Positions 1-13,322 of a stretch of 64,000 nt of DNA are shown here, one piece after another. The DNA lies in NCBI GenBank assembly GCA_030141605.1, contig JAQGDQ010000535.1:62001-126000 (forward strand), written 5' to 3'. The notes under the pieces were generated by a model that saw only the letters and a list, made by a program, of their open reading frames with translations, had not been told where the DNA came from and ran no database searches. The position numbers and the translations under genes were made by a program. The first letter of the stretch is position 1. The number at the start of each line of letters is the position of its first letter. The DNA comes from Tubiluchus corallicola (Eukaryota; Animalia; Priapulida).

Positions 1-116
1 ACGACAATTCAGTAAAGCGAAAACAAATAGAAAAAAACTACTATTTTCCACGGCTAACTCTCGATCAGGGTTGCTGTTTTATATCAAATTTTACGCCAAA
101 TTGGTGTATTAATGGC

Positions 117-445
117 CGAGTAGTGTTGCCACTTATACCATAATTATCAGAACATACATGATTTCGTGATACAAAAAAGAGACTATACAATAATCGATAA
201 TTATATGATAATTTAGTAATGAGAAGCTAAAAAACAAAAGCGTGAAAAAATGTGCATTGAAAACACTTAAAACATTGCAGCTACTCAGTGGGAAATAAAC
301 AAACTTTGATTTCAATTAATTTTAAATATTCCATGATTCAGCTTTAAACATTCGCAAAGCTTTAACAAAAAAATTTCTCCCTCCCTACTGACATCTTTTG
401 AGCTCATGAAGTAAGAGAGAAACAATTTTTTGTGGCCGTCCTTAC
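117..445. repeat. Dispersed repeat family (copies about 56648-56985, 28170-28450)
   Basis: GAGTAGTGTTGCCACTTATACCATAAT...CCTACTGACATCTTTTGAGCT shared. Confidence 0.7.
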
Positions 446-1219
446 GACTGAAGGGATTCGTCTTTGTATAGACGGGAAAATAACGGACAGAAATTTATCA
501 TTTATAAAATACCTGATGCAATTCGTCTACTTTCAAGGAACAATTTCAAAGGAACTAACCTTTATTGAAAAAAAAGTCTAGATAGCCATAACATAAAAAG
601 GCATTTGAAACGTCCACCTGAACGATGGAAAGCAGCAGTAACAGTAGCAATGTGACAGGACTGGGAGAGAGGAGAAAAAACCGATATTCACTTGATCCGT
701 ATTCAGACGTGCTGGCAGGTGGGAGTTCGAATCAAATCGAATTTGTGACTTTTGAATTGAAGTGAAACCGAATTTCAGCATTTGGAGTTCGAATCGAATT
801 CGAATTGCGTTCGAAAGATTTTCGCACAAGTTCTCGAACCGCCAGTAAAAAGCGGTTTTACAAAGATCATGCATATTGCTCAATTTTGTTGTGCAGTACA
901 AAACCACTAATAATTAGTTCAAAAATTGAACTCAGAAGTCGCTACCAAAGTGCGCTAATTGCGAGACGTTTAAAATACTTTAATGACAAAAGAACGTGGT
1001 TGAAGTGCTGACTTATTTGAATCTATAATTTTAGGTTCGAATTGAATTCGAATTAAAAAAACTCGTTCGAACTCGAACGTTCGATGCTCACTCCAACTTG
1101 ACAGGTTCATTTTTTTCCAAAAGAAAGTGATGAGGTACTTTGAACACACCACAGTATATAGAAGGTGTGACAAAAGTCCTATACAACACAAGAAAAGATG
1201 TTGTCTGAAATAAACTAAC

Positions 1220-1442
1220 CGGGCTCTTGCAGCTCCAGCGCCTCTTTTGCCTTGCACACGTTGTCACGATCCTCTTTCAGCCGAGAGAATTTCCCCTCCA
1301 TGATGGAGATTTCTTTCAGGGCGGTGTCCGGTCGCATGCTGCCCTCTACGGGCTTGCCCTTGTCCCATTCGCCCAAAACGTCGGTCGTACGAACTTCCAC
1401 TGCTTGGTCTTCTGCTACGATCTTCGTCTGCAGTGTTGCCAC
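1220..1442 (-). CDS. DYNC1H1: Dynein heavy chain exon 22 ([12 protein letters not shown]...LELQEP)
   Basis: Conserved peptide; donor G|gttagt; next exon is outside the window. Confidence 0.94.
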
Positions 1443-1579
1443 CTACAGGCAAAATTTAAAAGATTTGAAAAATTAAAGTTTAGTTTATTTTTAGTTTATT
1501 AAAAACTCTTGTAACCCGAAGGTTAAATTACATTAGATTAATTAAGAAACACCGAGGTTTAAAATTACAATTAAATTGC

Positions 1580-1580
<1 letters not shown>

Positions 1581-1659
<79 letters not shown>
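1581..1659. repeat. (AAT)n microsatellite
   Basis: Direct inspection. Confidence 0.97.
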
Positions 1660-1764
1660 CTTTATTTAAAGTCAGCTTTTGGGTCAACAATTAACATTAG
1701 CTCAAAGAGCTATTATCGCCGACTGTAAATAACAACCTACAACTACATAACAGAGACTATTATT

Positions 1765-1910
1765 ACCCCACTTTTATCCTTAATGCCACGCGTCAGGCAG
1801 GGCAAAGCAGGTACCATTTTTAAAGTCTTTGGTATAACCCAGCCGCTGGATCGAACTCACGACCTCCCAGACGGAAAGCAGAGGCATTACCACTAGACTA
1901 AACCGTCTGG
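1765..1910 (-). mobile_element. tRNA-derived SINE with Meta-domain-like core
   Basis: Minus strand: A box TAGTCTAGTGG, B box GAGTTCGATCC, then ATACCAAAGACTTTAAAAATGGTACC...CATTAAGG resembling the MetaSINE core (recognised from memory). Confidence 0.7.
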
Positions 1911-2307
1911 CATTACATTAAAACGACTTTAGCTAACATTAATTAAAACAAACTGAAGATGAAATTACTTCTAAAAGACAATAATTTACGTTAAGATTAA
2001 TCTTATTAAAATCCATTATTATAATATCTCATGTCACAGTGTATACAATAGTAATGAACTTACTGATAATTAAGAAGTACATACGGTATAAAACTACTTT
2101 TCAAACGTTTAGTACGGCAGAAAGATAAAGGAGACATCCACTTGTTTACGAAGGTTGTGCTTACGGGGGTTTTAGTTTAAGTAATAAATAAAGGAGTCTA
2201 CTGTCTTGCTTTTGGATTGACTTAAAGAAATTTCTGCAAAGGTTATTTCTATGTACAGATCAATATTCAATTTTTGATAGCTGCATACCATTTACGTAAG
2301 GTGTACA

Positions 2308-2469
2308 ATTGTTGTCTGGGCAACTCAGGATCTCCATACACCTTGTCCAGGCGTGCGCCCTGGATCGCACGGCTCAGCCACAGTCGACACTGCAGCTCCA
2401 TCAATGTGATCAATAACTGACTCTCTTGGCGCACACTCCACTGACTTCCGAGACAGAAGGATGCCAACC
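2308..2469 (+). mobile_element. 5'-truncated retroposon related to the SINE3 body and tail
   Basis: Shares CAGGATCTCCATACA..CCAGGCGTGCGCCCTGGA and CTTCCGAGACAGAAGGATGCCAAC with 21316-21419; 10-bp TSD AAGGTGTACA at 2298-2307 and 2470-2479. Confidence 0.85.
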
Positions 2470-2937
2470 AAGGTGTACAGGGGAAAATTAATTTTAGAGA
2501 ACGTTTTTGAAGTGACTCTAGTAACTTTGTCTGTTGTAATGTTAAAGAAGTATGCCATGCGGGACAAGCCTATTCCAGTATAGTTCTTATTAAATTTAAT
2601 GAAAGCACGGTAGGTTCTCATAGCTCATAACTTTTAAAATTCTCGGAAGACGACAGTAATTCACGAACGAGAAAATCGCTCTTTCCGAAAAAGTTGTTTT
2701 GATTGGGCACTAATAGAAAAATCTACATCGATATAAAATTTCTTGTATTTCGCTATTAAACTTTTCAAATCTCCACCTTCGATTATGAACAGTTAAAAAT
2801 ACTTTGATTTGGTAAATAAGCAGTGTGTTCTACCAAATATACATGAGCGAAAGAACTCAAAATTCGTATTAGGTACACAGATCAGATTATAAATGAACGT
2901 AACCAATCAAATTAAAATGCAAATCTCACTCATTGAT

Positions 2938-3090
<153 letters not shown>

Positions 3091-3810
3091 ACTAAATGAT
3101 TACAAATTAGGTGCTGTTCTATTCAGGAGAATCTCTGGCAAACAATCAAGCTATTTGTTTTAACATTTATAAGTGATTTAATTGGATAAAATTAAGAAAA
3201 ACACGTCATTTTTAGGCGCTCCAACTTATTGAATAGCTTAGTCTGGTGTACAATTGCACAATCGTACACACTATTTCATTTATCAGCTGCTTGCTTCATC
3301 CCAAGAGAATCTGCTCTACAGAGTTCCAGGAAAAACCAACTGGTGAGTCAAGGACAAATTAAGGTCGTTTCATCTTTTAACAGGAATTTCTCCTTAAAAA
3401 TAGAGAAGACTTGTGACCAAAGTTTATCATAGTTTAATGTCTGGTTAGTTGAAAATTTCTGCATTAGCTGATTTCGCACAAGTGATACTATACATTGTTA
3501 CAGTGCAAACACTGCAGTTACTGAAAGCTTTTTTCAGTTTATTCGTTAAAAATCGATTTTTAAATTGTCTAAGGTAAGCAGATGCATTTCATATATAATT
3601 TTGCATGAAAATCCATTGCGCGAGGAGTAGAAACCTACAAAAATTATCAAATATAATGTAATCGCTGCCTAACGAGAGCAGTTTTTCATGAAGCCATGCA
3701 AAATGTAGCAAATTCTTACGGTCCTGAAGGAGTTAACAGGCTGAATTGGTGAAGGGAAACAGTCATACATTAAGATTGAAACACAATTTACGAAGAAACT
3801 GAAAGTAAAC

Positions 3811-3951
3811 CTGAGTCTGAATTGAAGAATCCTTGCGCTTGATGATCTCATTGAATGCACTCCATTCTCCCTCGATGTTGTCGCTATGAAGCCATTGAGT
3901 GGGAAACTGAAAGCGCTGACGTTCGAGTAACCTCTGTCCCTCCTTGTACAT
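3811..3951 (-). CDS. DYNC1H1: Dynein heavy chain exon 21 ([17 protein letters not shown]...SIQTQ)
   Basis: Conserved peptide, AG/GT borders. Confidence 0.95.
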
Positions 3952-4441
3952 CTGAAAACAGCGCAAGTAATGATATCTAAGCAAAATCTAAAACAATGAG
4001 AATTTTCGTCATGATGCCTCAAGGCTTTTTTCAACATGTTTCCTTAAGATGAAAAAAAATGCTTGTTATTGAATGATTAAAGCACAAGACAACACTATTC
4101 ATAACATAAAGCAAAACAAGGATCCAATGTTAAACTGTACATCAAAACAATCTGCTCTTTAAAATGCTGAAAGGAACCATACAATTTTTTAAAAAATAAC
4201 GTACATTTAAGAATTATTACGAGACAAGCACAAGTTCACACTCGCGCCCCATTAGTGTTATGTTTTTTAGTGCGTAGCCTACACCTCAACTTCAATGTGG
4301 ATTATCTGAGCTTAGAAATAACGTGCAGCGATGAACTTGGTATCAAATTATCCTAGTGAAATGGAGATTCAGGAACGCCTTACCTAGTATCTAGGAACGA
4401 GGAGAACGCCTTAGCATCTAGGAACGAGGAGAATGCCTTAC

Positions 4442-4561
4442 CTCAACCTGCTGTTCCCAATTCCGCATCTTTCGTTTGAGGGACTGCACATACGTTATGA
4501 ATCCGACGGCTTCGGAAGTGGTTGCGGTCTCGATACTCTGATGTTCAAGGTCACCACGGAA
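4442..4561 (-). CDS. DYNC1H1: Dynein heavy chain exon 20 (FRGDLEHQS...[11 protein letters not shown]...QQVE)
   Basis: Hand translation; AG/GT borders. Confidence 0.93.
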
Positions 4562-5312
4562 CTACAGATCAAAGACAAAAAGAACAGAATCAAGGCAAAT
4601 TTCACAAACAGTAGCGACTCATAGTTAAAATTAAGAGGGTGTAAACGCTTGTGTGCTCGCATGTGTAGAAATAAAACTAACATTTAATATTAGTACTCAA
4701 TAACAAACAGCTGTTTGTTTATTTACTAGATTTTGTTTTGGTAACACACCACAAGAAGTTACTGTCACATGTACAAAAATCTATGTGGCCCAGTACCTCT
4801 ACACGAACCTTTAAGGTCCGCAAATCAGCTTCCCTGCAAAATACCTTAAGCCATTTGGAACAACATTTCGAAAGTTTGAAAAAATAATCAGAGCATTTGC
4901 AGGACACTCTTTGCTGACTAGGTAAAAGTATAAATTGCTTTGTACTGTCAGTAAAATCAAAAATCTGTGCAGCCATCTATACAGCAATACGGGAAATCTT
5001 AAAAGCAACTTTTATGTCTTGAACTGGAAATAATTTGCACCAATCATGATGCGTCACATTCTAAACGGCATTCCAAAATGCTAAAGGAAGCAACATTGTG
5101 TTTCTTTTTTTATTAGACAAAAACACTATTACAATTACATACCCAGATATGTTACATACAACTACACAAAACGAAAACAAAAATTACTACAATTACTACA
5201 AGTGAGCGACCAATTAGTGAACAAATGATGTAAGTACTTGCAGCTGAGCTAAAAGCTGGATCTTGGAAAGCCCAGCTGCAATGCAAGGTGAGTCATTAGG
5301 TGTTAAGGGCAG

Positions 5313-5455
5313 GATGAATGTATGTATGAATGAATGAACGAACAAACAAATGAAAGAACGAATGAATGAATGAATGAATGAATGAAGGATGAATGAATGA
5401 ATGAAAGAATGAGTGAACGAACGAACAAATGAATTAATGAATGAAGGATGAACGG
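5313..5455. repeat. Degenerate (GAAT)n tract
   Basis: Direct inspection. Confidence 0.85.
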
Positions 5456-5702
5456 AAAGCCCAGCTGCAATGCAAGGTGTGTTGTTTGAGGTTAGGGGAA
5501 GGACAAAAGAGATGTGCAATGAAAAGAGATGACATGGTGGTAAAATTAGGGTGTAAGCAAATAATGCAAGTAGAAGAGGAGAAAAAAAGCTAAAAATTAT
5601 AAAAAATATAAAAAGCAATGAGATGATAATGATGAATGAATGTAATGAAATCATTATTTCTATAGATGATGTTGCTGCCATGATTTACTTTTTAGAAAAT
5701 AC

Positions 5703-5886
5703 CTTTGACACATCGGTATGAAAGTCCGTCATCTCGGTACCGAGTTTGGAACCGAATTTCGTCAAGACGTCTTTGTGCCATGAGTCGTACTTCAAGCTGA
5801 CCTTACTCTGTACCTTCGCATAGTCGATCACGATCGGTCCAAATTCCTTTCTCACTTCCGTGGTGTCAAAAGTGGCCCGAGCTTTC
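5703..5886 (-). CDS. DYNC1H1: Dynein heavy chain exon 19 ([10 protein letters not shown]...KYDSWHK...DVSK)
   Basis: Hand translation; AG/GT borders. Confidence 0.93.
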
Positions 5887-6099
5887 CTGAATTGTCAAAA
5901 TGTCAATGTCAACCTTAATATGAACGAAGTAATTGTACAAATGAAATAAATGACCATTTGGGAAAAAACTTCGTAGACTAGCTAACTGAATAAGACGTTT
6001 AATAATTTCTTAAAAATAACAAAAGGAGAACGGAACTTACATTACTGGTTAGACGATTCAAAAAACTAAAATTATTTAAGAAGCCTTTTCACAGTTTTA

Positions 6100-6475
6100 A
6101 CGACTGATGATGATCGTGAAAAGATCAAAGGTTAAGTGTACCAGACAACGCATTTGTGTACACTTGACAACACCTCGCAGCCAATACTATTGTATTAGTG
6201 ACAGTTTTAACAGCTAGCTAGAACCTTAACTAGTTCATTTTTTCCTGTTCTCTAGCAAGATTCGGCTAGTAAATCACTCTGTGCACAGACTAATGCATAA
6301 TTAAGTAAAAACCACGTAAAACAACTGAAGCAACTGAACAAATGCGGCTGACGGCTTTGCTTTACCCACACATTACGTGGTGATTATAGTTAAGATGTGT
6401 TGCTATGGTACACTTAACCTTTGACCTACAGTAACTGCATGTGTGCACAACAAAACTGTCAAAACGCTTACTGCA
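6100..6475. mobile_element. Dispersed repeat with 19-bp subterminal inverted repeats (copies about 18720-19190, 33310-33605, 39195-39545)
   Basis: TCAAAGGTTAAGTGTACCA ... TGGTACACTTAACCTTTGA; homologous interior in four copies. Confidence 0.7.
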
Positions 6476-6733
6476 GCTGATCAGTTTTGCAATAGGCGTA
6501 ATTTCATACTTTGCGTAATGAAAGTAAAATGACATAGTCTGCTAACAGCTAATGAGTTGGTTTTTAAGTAAGACAATGATGCCAGCGACTTTGGCGGCAA
6601 CGACAATGATGACGACGGCAACGATGATCGAATCAGTAATGAAGAATGCTGATTGCACAGGAAGTATTATCATGATTTTACAACATTCACAAAACTAAAA
6701 TCTCGCTAAAAAGCAGCATTATTTGGCAAACTA

Positions 6734-7716
6734 CACTCATATCTCGCTTTTATGGATAGCGGAAAAACCGGACAGAATCTGGACCGTTAAAAAGTCCCGC
6801 ATATTACGGACACGGTCCGCTGTTTCGCTAGTTGGCGCTAGTTGTAGTTCGTACTTACAAACAAACTGTACTTAACGTGATTGTTTCTACTCATATTATA
6901 ATGCAAAAAAGCGAACTAAAAATAGTAAATATTCATTGGTCACACAAAAGTATCTTATTTAAGCATGTACAGAAAAAATATAGAGTCAATTATGCTGAGT
7001 TATTTGAGTCAATTGTCGACGGTTTTTATATACTTTTGAAAGAAGCGGCCTGTGCTAATGTTTTTGAGACAATTAGGTGATTGATTCTATGTATGTATGT
7101 ATGTACGTAGTTTATTGACTAAAACAAGTTACATGTATACACGAGGAACGAGGTAAATGCCACAATCGAGTGATTTTAGTCCAGATTGTCACTTTACGTA
7201 CATTTCCTACTCAAGGTTATAGCATTAAAAACAGTGTTATGCATACAAGGTACACCGGCATAAGTTGCCAAATTTCATAACATATTATATAACACTTACT
7301 GTGCTCAAAGAAGTGAGTTAAATCAGCAAACTTTACATTGTCGTAACAGTTTCTAATATTTGATGTTAGGGGGCATGTCTGTATAACGTGTTTCTCAGTT
7401 TGAATGTCCCCACAAGGACATAACCTAGTTTCCCTTGGCCGTCTCGCCCATCTACCCGTTTCTATCCGCAGCCTATGTGACTGAAGACGCATTCTTGTGA
7501 AGCTTATCCGATGATGCTCAAATATTGTCGATTCAAAACAAGGAGTTTCGAGACTGGGGTTCTATTCCAAGTAGGTCACACAACGTGTAGACTCTACATT
7601 ATCGTGAGTCTAATGCATGGTGCCTACTGTATTAGCTTAGTATTGCTAAATACGGACAATCGGCAAATTCAAACCGCCATCTTCCCGCTTTTGTCTGGCA
7701 AACCGAGATATGAGTG
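6734..7716. mobile_element. Non-autonomous TIR element of the same family, interrupted by a LINE fragment
   Basis: TA|CACTCATATCTCG...CGAGATATGAGTG|TA. Confidence 0.72.
7088..7510 (-). mobile_element. 5'-truncated LINE 3' end
   Basis: RLQSHRLRIETGRW...RLCPCGDIQTEKHVIQTCP CCHC-type ORF2 C-terminus, then AATAAA and (CATA)n tail. Confidence 0.8.
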
Positions 7717-7741
7717 TACATAATAGAATGAGAATACTCAC

Positions 7742-7845
7742 TTAATGTCGACCAACGCCTTCATCCACAAGTTCAAGTCGTCGCCTAGACGACTGTAAAC
7801 ATTTTCCGGTTGCAGATCCCAGAGCGACTGATAACGAAGCCAGTT
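7742..7845 (-). CDS. DYNC1H1: Dynein heavy chain exon 18 ([12 protein letters not shown]...ALVDIK)
   Basis: Hand translation continues directly from exon 17 across a 16.7 kb intron; AG/GT borders. Confidence 0.93.
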
Positions 7846-8021
7846 CTGAAATCATAAATAAGTTTCATTGTGGCTTCAATGTGAAACTGCTGCGTAATAG
7901 AAATGTTATTATGAAAAGATAATGAAGGAGCCAATCTCACTTATCACTTACTTACATTTGAATACAAGAAATTTCAATGGATGTTATTTACTAGAGCTAC
8001 AATTCATGTGTTTGCATGCTT

Positions 8022-8612
8022 ATTCATTCATTCATTCAATCATTCATTCACTTACTCCCTCAGTCCCTCCCTCACTCACTCACCCAACCAACCACTCACC
8101 CACCCACCCATTCTCACTCACTCATTCACTCACTCACTCACTCAACCAAGCAAGCAAGCAAGCAAACAACCAACCAAGCAACCAACCAAGCAACCGACCA
8201 CCCATCCATTCTCACTCACTCACTCACTCAACCAAGCAACCAACCAACCACCCACCCATTCTCACTCACTCATTCACTCTTTCACTCACTCACCCAACCA
8301 ACCACCCAAACACCCACCCACCCATTCTCACTCACTCACTCACTCACTCTTTTACTCACTCAACCAAGCAACCAACCAACCAACCACCCACCCATTCTCA
8401 GTCACTCACTCACTCAACCAAGCAACCACACCCACTCTCACTCACTCACTCACTCACTCACTCACTCAGTCACTCACTCACTCAACCAAGCAACCACACC
8501 CACTCTCACTCACTCACTCACTCACTCACTCACTCATTCATTCATTCAACCACTCAACCATTCATTCGTTCACTTATTTATACACTCCATTTATTTATTC
8601 ATTCATTCGTTT
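8022..8612. repeat. Compound tetranucleotide repeat (CATT/CACT/CCAA/CACC)
   Basis: Direct inspection; explains stop-free ORFs in three frames. Confidence 0.93.
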
Positions 8613-10116
8613 ACTAATTCATCCAGTTATTCGTTCAAGCATGAAATAAATTATTAACTTTATTCAGCTAATTGTATCCATCTATCTTTGTGACTGCTTG
8701 ATGTTAAGAATGTGCTGGATAACATCAAGTAATCAGGGGCATAATTAACCAATAGGGTAACTAGGCTATAAGCTAAGGCGCCAAAGTTTCAGGGTGTCAC
8801 ATTTTAGAAAAAAATTCTTATTCTCATCGGAAAATGTGTATGCTTTCATGTTCATGCAAACGGCACATTTTATAGCACACCACAGGCAGTTACCGAGCGC
8901 AGCTTTTATATAAGTGCCACATAACAAACAGGTGCAAGGTATTGCACAACAAGCAATTGCGCAGCCTGCATGAAAATAAACACAATGCAAATACAGGTAA
9001 TTAAGAATGACCACGTAGAAACTGAGTTAACAATGTTTCTAAGTAACTGCTTAATCAGCTCATTACATGAGCAAGCATAAATTCATAATAGAAATAGGCA
9101 GGACATAACTATCAGCCTAAGGTGTCGTAAAATCTTGATACGCCCTGATCAAGTTATACCACTTTACATTACATCATCTAAAATTAATACTTGGGACCTC
9201 AATAAGACCCAAAGTGGCAAAATATAGAAAGTAACAAAGAGGTAAGCATGCTACGGAATCTATACATCTGTAGATCATTTTCAAAGTCTAGATTCCAATT
9301 GTCAATCTCCTCATGCAGTCATAGAGGTAATTTTTTGTGCTTTAACTATCTGCCTATTCATTCTAACTCAGATCATCAAAAATCGCTCTGTAATTTTTTA
9401 CATTATGCTTGTGTTATAAAGTAAATTTCAGTTGCCATTGTTATTATGTTTCTGTTGTCAGATTTTTATTTCAGTTCTTGTTTCAGTTCTTATTTCAGTT
9501 CAGTTTTATTTCAGTTATCTTCAGTTTGATTTTTTATTATTATTATTATTATACACTTATTATTACTGTGTATGAATTGTACTAACACGTTATAAGCATA
9601 TCATTATCAATTTTATGTCATTCGTAACAATTTAGTTTTTATTATAAGCAGTACTAACACTAATACTAGCATAGCGCCTATAAAAATGTTCATCACTAAC
9701 CAAAGGGCAGCTGACTAGATGACCAATTGGTCTTTCGCTGCCCTTTCTTCACATTTTTCTTGCCAAATTAATTGTATTATAACTGTGCGTGTGTTACAAG
9801 ATACAAAAGAGAATGCCTGCCCTACAGGTACTGCAAGCGGCTCTCAAGATCAAATATGCTGTTCAAAAGTAAAAGCCATAACTCAGCAGAGTTTGTTAAC
9901 ATCGGACAAGTTCAATAAAAACGTGAACGTCGTTTGTCATAATGCAACGAACCTGCCGAGCATTTACGATCATCGCCAGCGGGGACGGGCGCATGCCGCT
10001 GCGAATTTCAATTACGGCAACTCATTATTTACACTGAAGTGTGAAACGTACGAGAAGCATCGAGTTGTTAAAGGACTCTCTCCGGTTAAACATCAAATGC
10101 CGAGAAGCGTTTTAAA

Positions 10117-11562
10117 ATGAGTTCGGAACTAAGTGGAAAAGTGTACTTGACATGGTTGTTGTTGCTAGCTACACTGTGGACAGGCAGCCATGAGCAGTTG
10201 CAGCAGAGGGCAGACGTGTGCAGTTTTACGCTGAACTATAATCCGCAGCAAGTAAGCTCCACGTCGCCAGCAGGCACTTCCACGTTGTTCACTCAACTGG
10301 AGGAGTGGATCAGAGAAGTGGAAAATTCTATGGAAAACAATGAACCGGAAGCGAAAGGTAATGAAGATGTTTTGCTATCGCTCGTGCGTCTGGAAGGGCA
10401 CATTCTCGCTTTGGAGAATTACGTGAAGAACAACGTATCCGTGGAAAGGGGTGACGGGCCACTTTTGCCACTGTTTGCCCACTTGGAGACATTAATTAGA
10501 AGCCTGGAGAGTTACGTGAAGACGAACATACCTGGACAAAGGGACGACGGAGCTGCCCTGTTCTCGCTAACTCGGTTAGAAGCACGACTCATTGCATTAG
10601 AAAACTTCATCAGAACAAACGTATCCAAAGAAGGTGATAGAGGTTCTATTGCAAGAGGTCTCTCAAGCATAGCCGCTCACCTTACGAGTCTGGAAAATTA
10701 CATCAAGAAAAACGTGCCAGCAAGAAGAGACAATGCTCTTGCCTTGTTGACACTCACACGCTTGGAGACAGACCTTCAGAACTTGGACAATTACGTCAGA
10801 GCAAACGTATCGCAGGCAAGAGAAGTCAGGTCACTCGCATTCTCGCTCTCTCATTTCCAAACACGTCTTACAGACTTGGACAGGTTCGTTAAAACAAATG
10901 TGTCGCAAAAACAAGACACCGAATCTCTTTCGTTCGCGCTCACCCATTTAGAGACGCGGCTCGTCGATTTGGAAAGGTACTTGAAAAGAAAGCTGCCAAA
11001 ATCGAACGACGCAGCACTCGCAAGATTAGAAGCCCTGGTGTTTCGTTTAGAGAACAAAGAGAAGACAAAGGTATTTACTGGAGGCGGATCAGCATCGTCA
11101 GCAGCACTGGCTCGCCTGGAGACACGCATCGTTGACGTTGAGCAATATGTAAAACAAAACCTTCGCGCAGACGACAAGTTCACTTGTGGGGAATTCAGAA
11201 TTCGAGGATTCGTGCTGCTTGAGACGTGGGAGGAAGCCCTAACAAAATGCAAGCAACTAGGAGGAGACCTCGCAACCATAGACACTGAAGAGAAACATGA
11301 TGTGATAAGACATTATGCCAAGAATAACTTGGAGCAACACTGCGGATTCAAGTGGGCATTCTGGATCAACGGAAAAGCTTCCGGTAACAGTTGGCTGACA
11401 TCTACTGGCCGGAAGCTTGACTATTTACAATGGAGAGAGAATGAGCCAGGAAGTAACATCACTAACCAGTGCTTGTCAATTTGGCACGGTGCAAATTACA
11501 GATTCAGTGCAGCTGATTGTAATTTGAGAGCGCATTTTGTGTGCGAGAAACCAACATACTGA
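10117..11562 (+). CDS. Secreted repeat/coiled-coil C-type lectin domain protein, paralog A (481 aa, uninterrupted CDS), nested antisense in dynein intron 17
   Basis: Long GC-richer ORF; hydrophobic signal peptide; about ten 31-aa repeats; C-terminal CTLD (TWEEALTKC..LGGDLATI...FWING...WRENEP...QC...DC...FVCEK); AATAAA at about 11636. Confidence 0.92.
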   Translation: MSSELSGKVYLTWLLLLATLWTGSHEQLQQRADVCSFTLNYNPQQVSSTSPAGTSTLFTQLEEWIREVENSMENNEPEAKGNEDVLLSLVRLEGHILALENYVKNNVSVERGDGPLLPLFAHLETLIRSLESYVKTNIPGQRDDGAALFSLTRLEARLIALENFIRTNVSKEGDRGSIARGLSSIAAHLTSLENYIKKNVPARRDNALALLTLTRLETDLQNLDNYVRANVSQAREVRSLAFSLSHFQTRLTDLDRFVKTNVSQKQDTESLSFALTHLETRLVDLERYLKRKLPKSNDAALARLEALVFRLENKEKTKVFTGGGSASSAALARLETRIVDVEQYVKQNLRADDKFTCGEFRIRGFVLLETWEEALTKCKQLGGDLATIDTEEKHDVIRHYAKNNLEQHCGFKWAFWINGKASGNSWLTSTGRKLDYLQWRENEPGSNITNQCLSIWHGANYRFSAADCNLRAHFVCEKPTY

Positions 11563-12996
11563 ACTCGGAGACACCACCAAAAGAGGGGTGTATACCCAAA
11601 CTTGTGTTAAAATGAACAAATACTGTGCTCGCTCTAATAAAGGTCCAAAGCAAAAATGGTAAATAACATCGAAAGCTCACAGCTGCCACCTGCTGGGCAT
11701 GTAATTAAACACTCAATTTAATGTGAGTTAAAAGATGAGAAGACAAGTTTGTGTTTTTTATTAGAAATTGCTATTCAATTATAAATGTATTAATTTTACT
11801 ATATAAATATATGAAATTGCTATTCAATTATGTGTTAATTTTGCTATATAAAGTGTATGAAATTGCTATTCAATTAGAAATGTGTTAATTTTGCTATATA
11901 AATAAAGTGCAAGTGTTTAATGATTTTAGACAAACAACCATTCTTCAATTAACATCAAATACTAATGTGCCCTTTAAATACTTACACATTAAAGATAAGT
12001 TAATGCAAGTTTGTGACACATTTGACACTTTTCTAGCATCTATTAAAATAGAAATTCATTGCTTAATAAACAGAAATCGAAGTTGCAAAATTATTGCAAT
12101 TTGTCGAATAGGCATTCACCGTAAATAACAGGGATGTGATATGTAAGTAATATAAATGTTAAAGCAAAACCAAGCCTAATCTTAACTGTAGGTCAAAACA
12201 ATCTACTCTTGAAAATATTGAAAAAAAAACAAGTTATTCTTTCAAAAATGGCTTACGTGTAAGAATTATTGCCACACAAACACAATTTCATGTTTGGGCC
12301 ACTAGTTCTTCGCTGCTACATGCATTTTGCCATTCGCTAGTTAGACGGGCACTAACGTCTGCATTTCAGAAATTCACTGCACAAAAATCAGGTGCTGTAC
12401 TTCTCAGTTCAAGTGTGTTAATTTACGACGAACTACACGCGTTCTACAGCACATGCAGCGCAGCGGTAAATTTGAAATTTGAATTTTTATCTTAAAACTT
12501 GCCTAGTTTTAGAGCAACACATTGAATATCTTAGAGTAGCATTGTACTTCAATTTTCACTTTCACAAACACGTGCAACACACTCGTGGAATATTTTTGCT
12601 GTTGAAAATTATGTTAGTTTGTGATGTCATCAACAGTTCCGCCCGCCCGCTGTTGATTAAATTTTTACTCTATCAGTTAATTATCAGAAATCGCTTTTGC
12701 AGTATTGATTGTGTTGAAATGTATACTTTTATATCGGATTTGAAAATGGGGTAGCATAAGAAAAATCTTCCTGTGCTCTGTTAACTGTACAATTACCAGT
12801 AATATATTTGTATGTTACTTTAATTATTTAGTTAGTTAATATTGTTTACACGAATGTAATATGTACAATAAAGTCACCATGGTCCATATAAAGTAATGTA
12901 ATATCCACTTCAAACAAAATATTTTAACAAAATTTATCCAAAAAACGCTCAATTTCTATATAGTATACATAGTAAGTAATATTTCATTTGCCCGCT

Positions 12997-13245
12997 AGAA
13001 TTAAAAAGGACTTTGTGCATTCTGTGAAAGGCGTGGAAGGGGTGGAGGCAAACAAAAGACCGGAAGTATTAGTGGGTAGAGGGAAGTTGAAGGGGAGAAC
13101 AGGTAGGATGGATGAGTAGAAGCAGAATTAAAAAGGACTTTGTGCATTCTGTGAAAGGAGTGGAAGGGTGGAGGCAAACAAAAAACCGGAAGTATTAGTG
13201 GTTAGAAGGAAGTTGAAGGGGAGAACAGGAAGAATGGATGAGTAA
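12997..13245. repeat. Purine-rich tandem duplication of about 128 bp
   Basis: AGAATTAAAAAGGACTTTGTGCATTCTGTGAAAGG twice. Confidence 0.85.
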
Positions 13246-13322
13246 AACTAAAACTATCCTCTATAATGGCATACAAAAGTAAATTAAATCATATGACAAT
13301 TTTATGCTAATAAGCTTTTTAA

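Noticed and set aside
1835-1910. tRNA gene on the minus strand
   Set aside because: A and B boxes present but no proper acceptor stem; followed by a SINE core
7922-8657. Three overlapping 213-231 aa His/Ser/Thr-rich ORFs
   Set aside because: Products of stop-free tetranucleotide repeats
9719-10120. 133-aa ORF whose stop overlaps the lectin A start (ATGA), suggesting translational coupling
   Set aside because: No recognisable domain and no counterpart upstream of paralog B; most likely chance in promoter/UTR sequence
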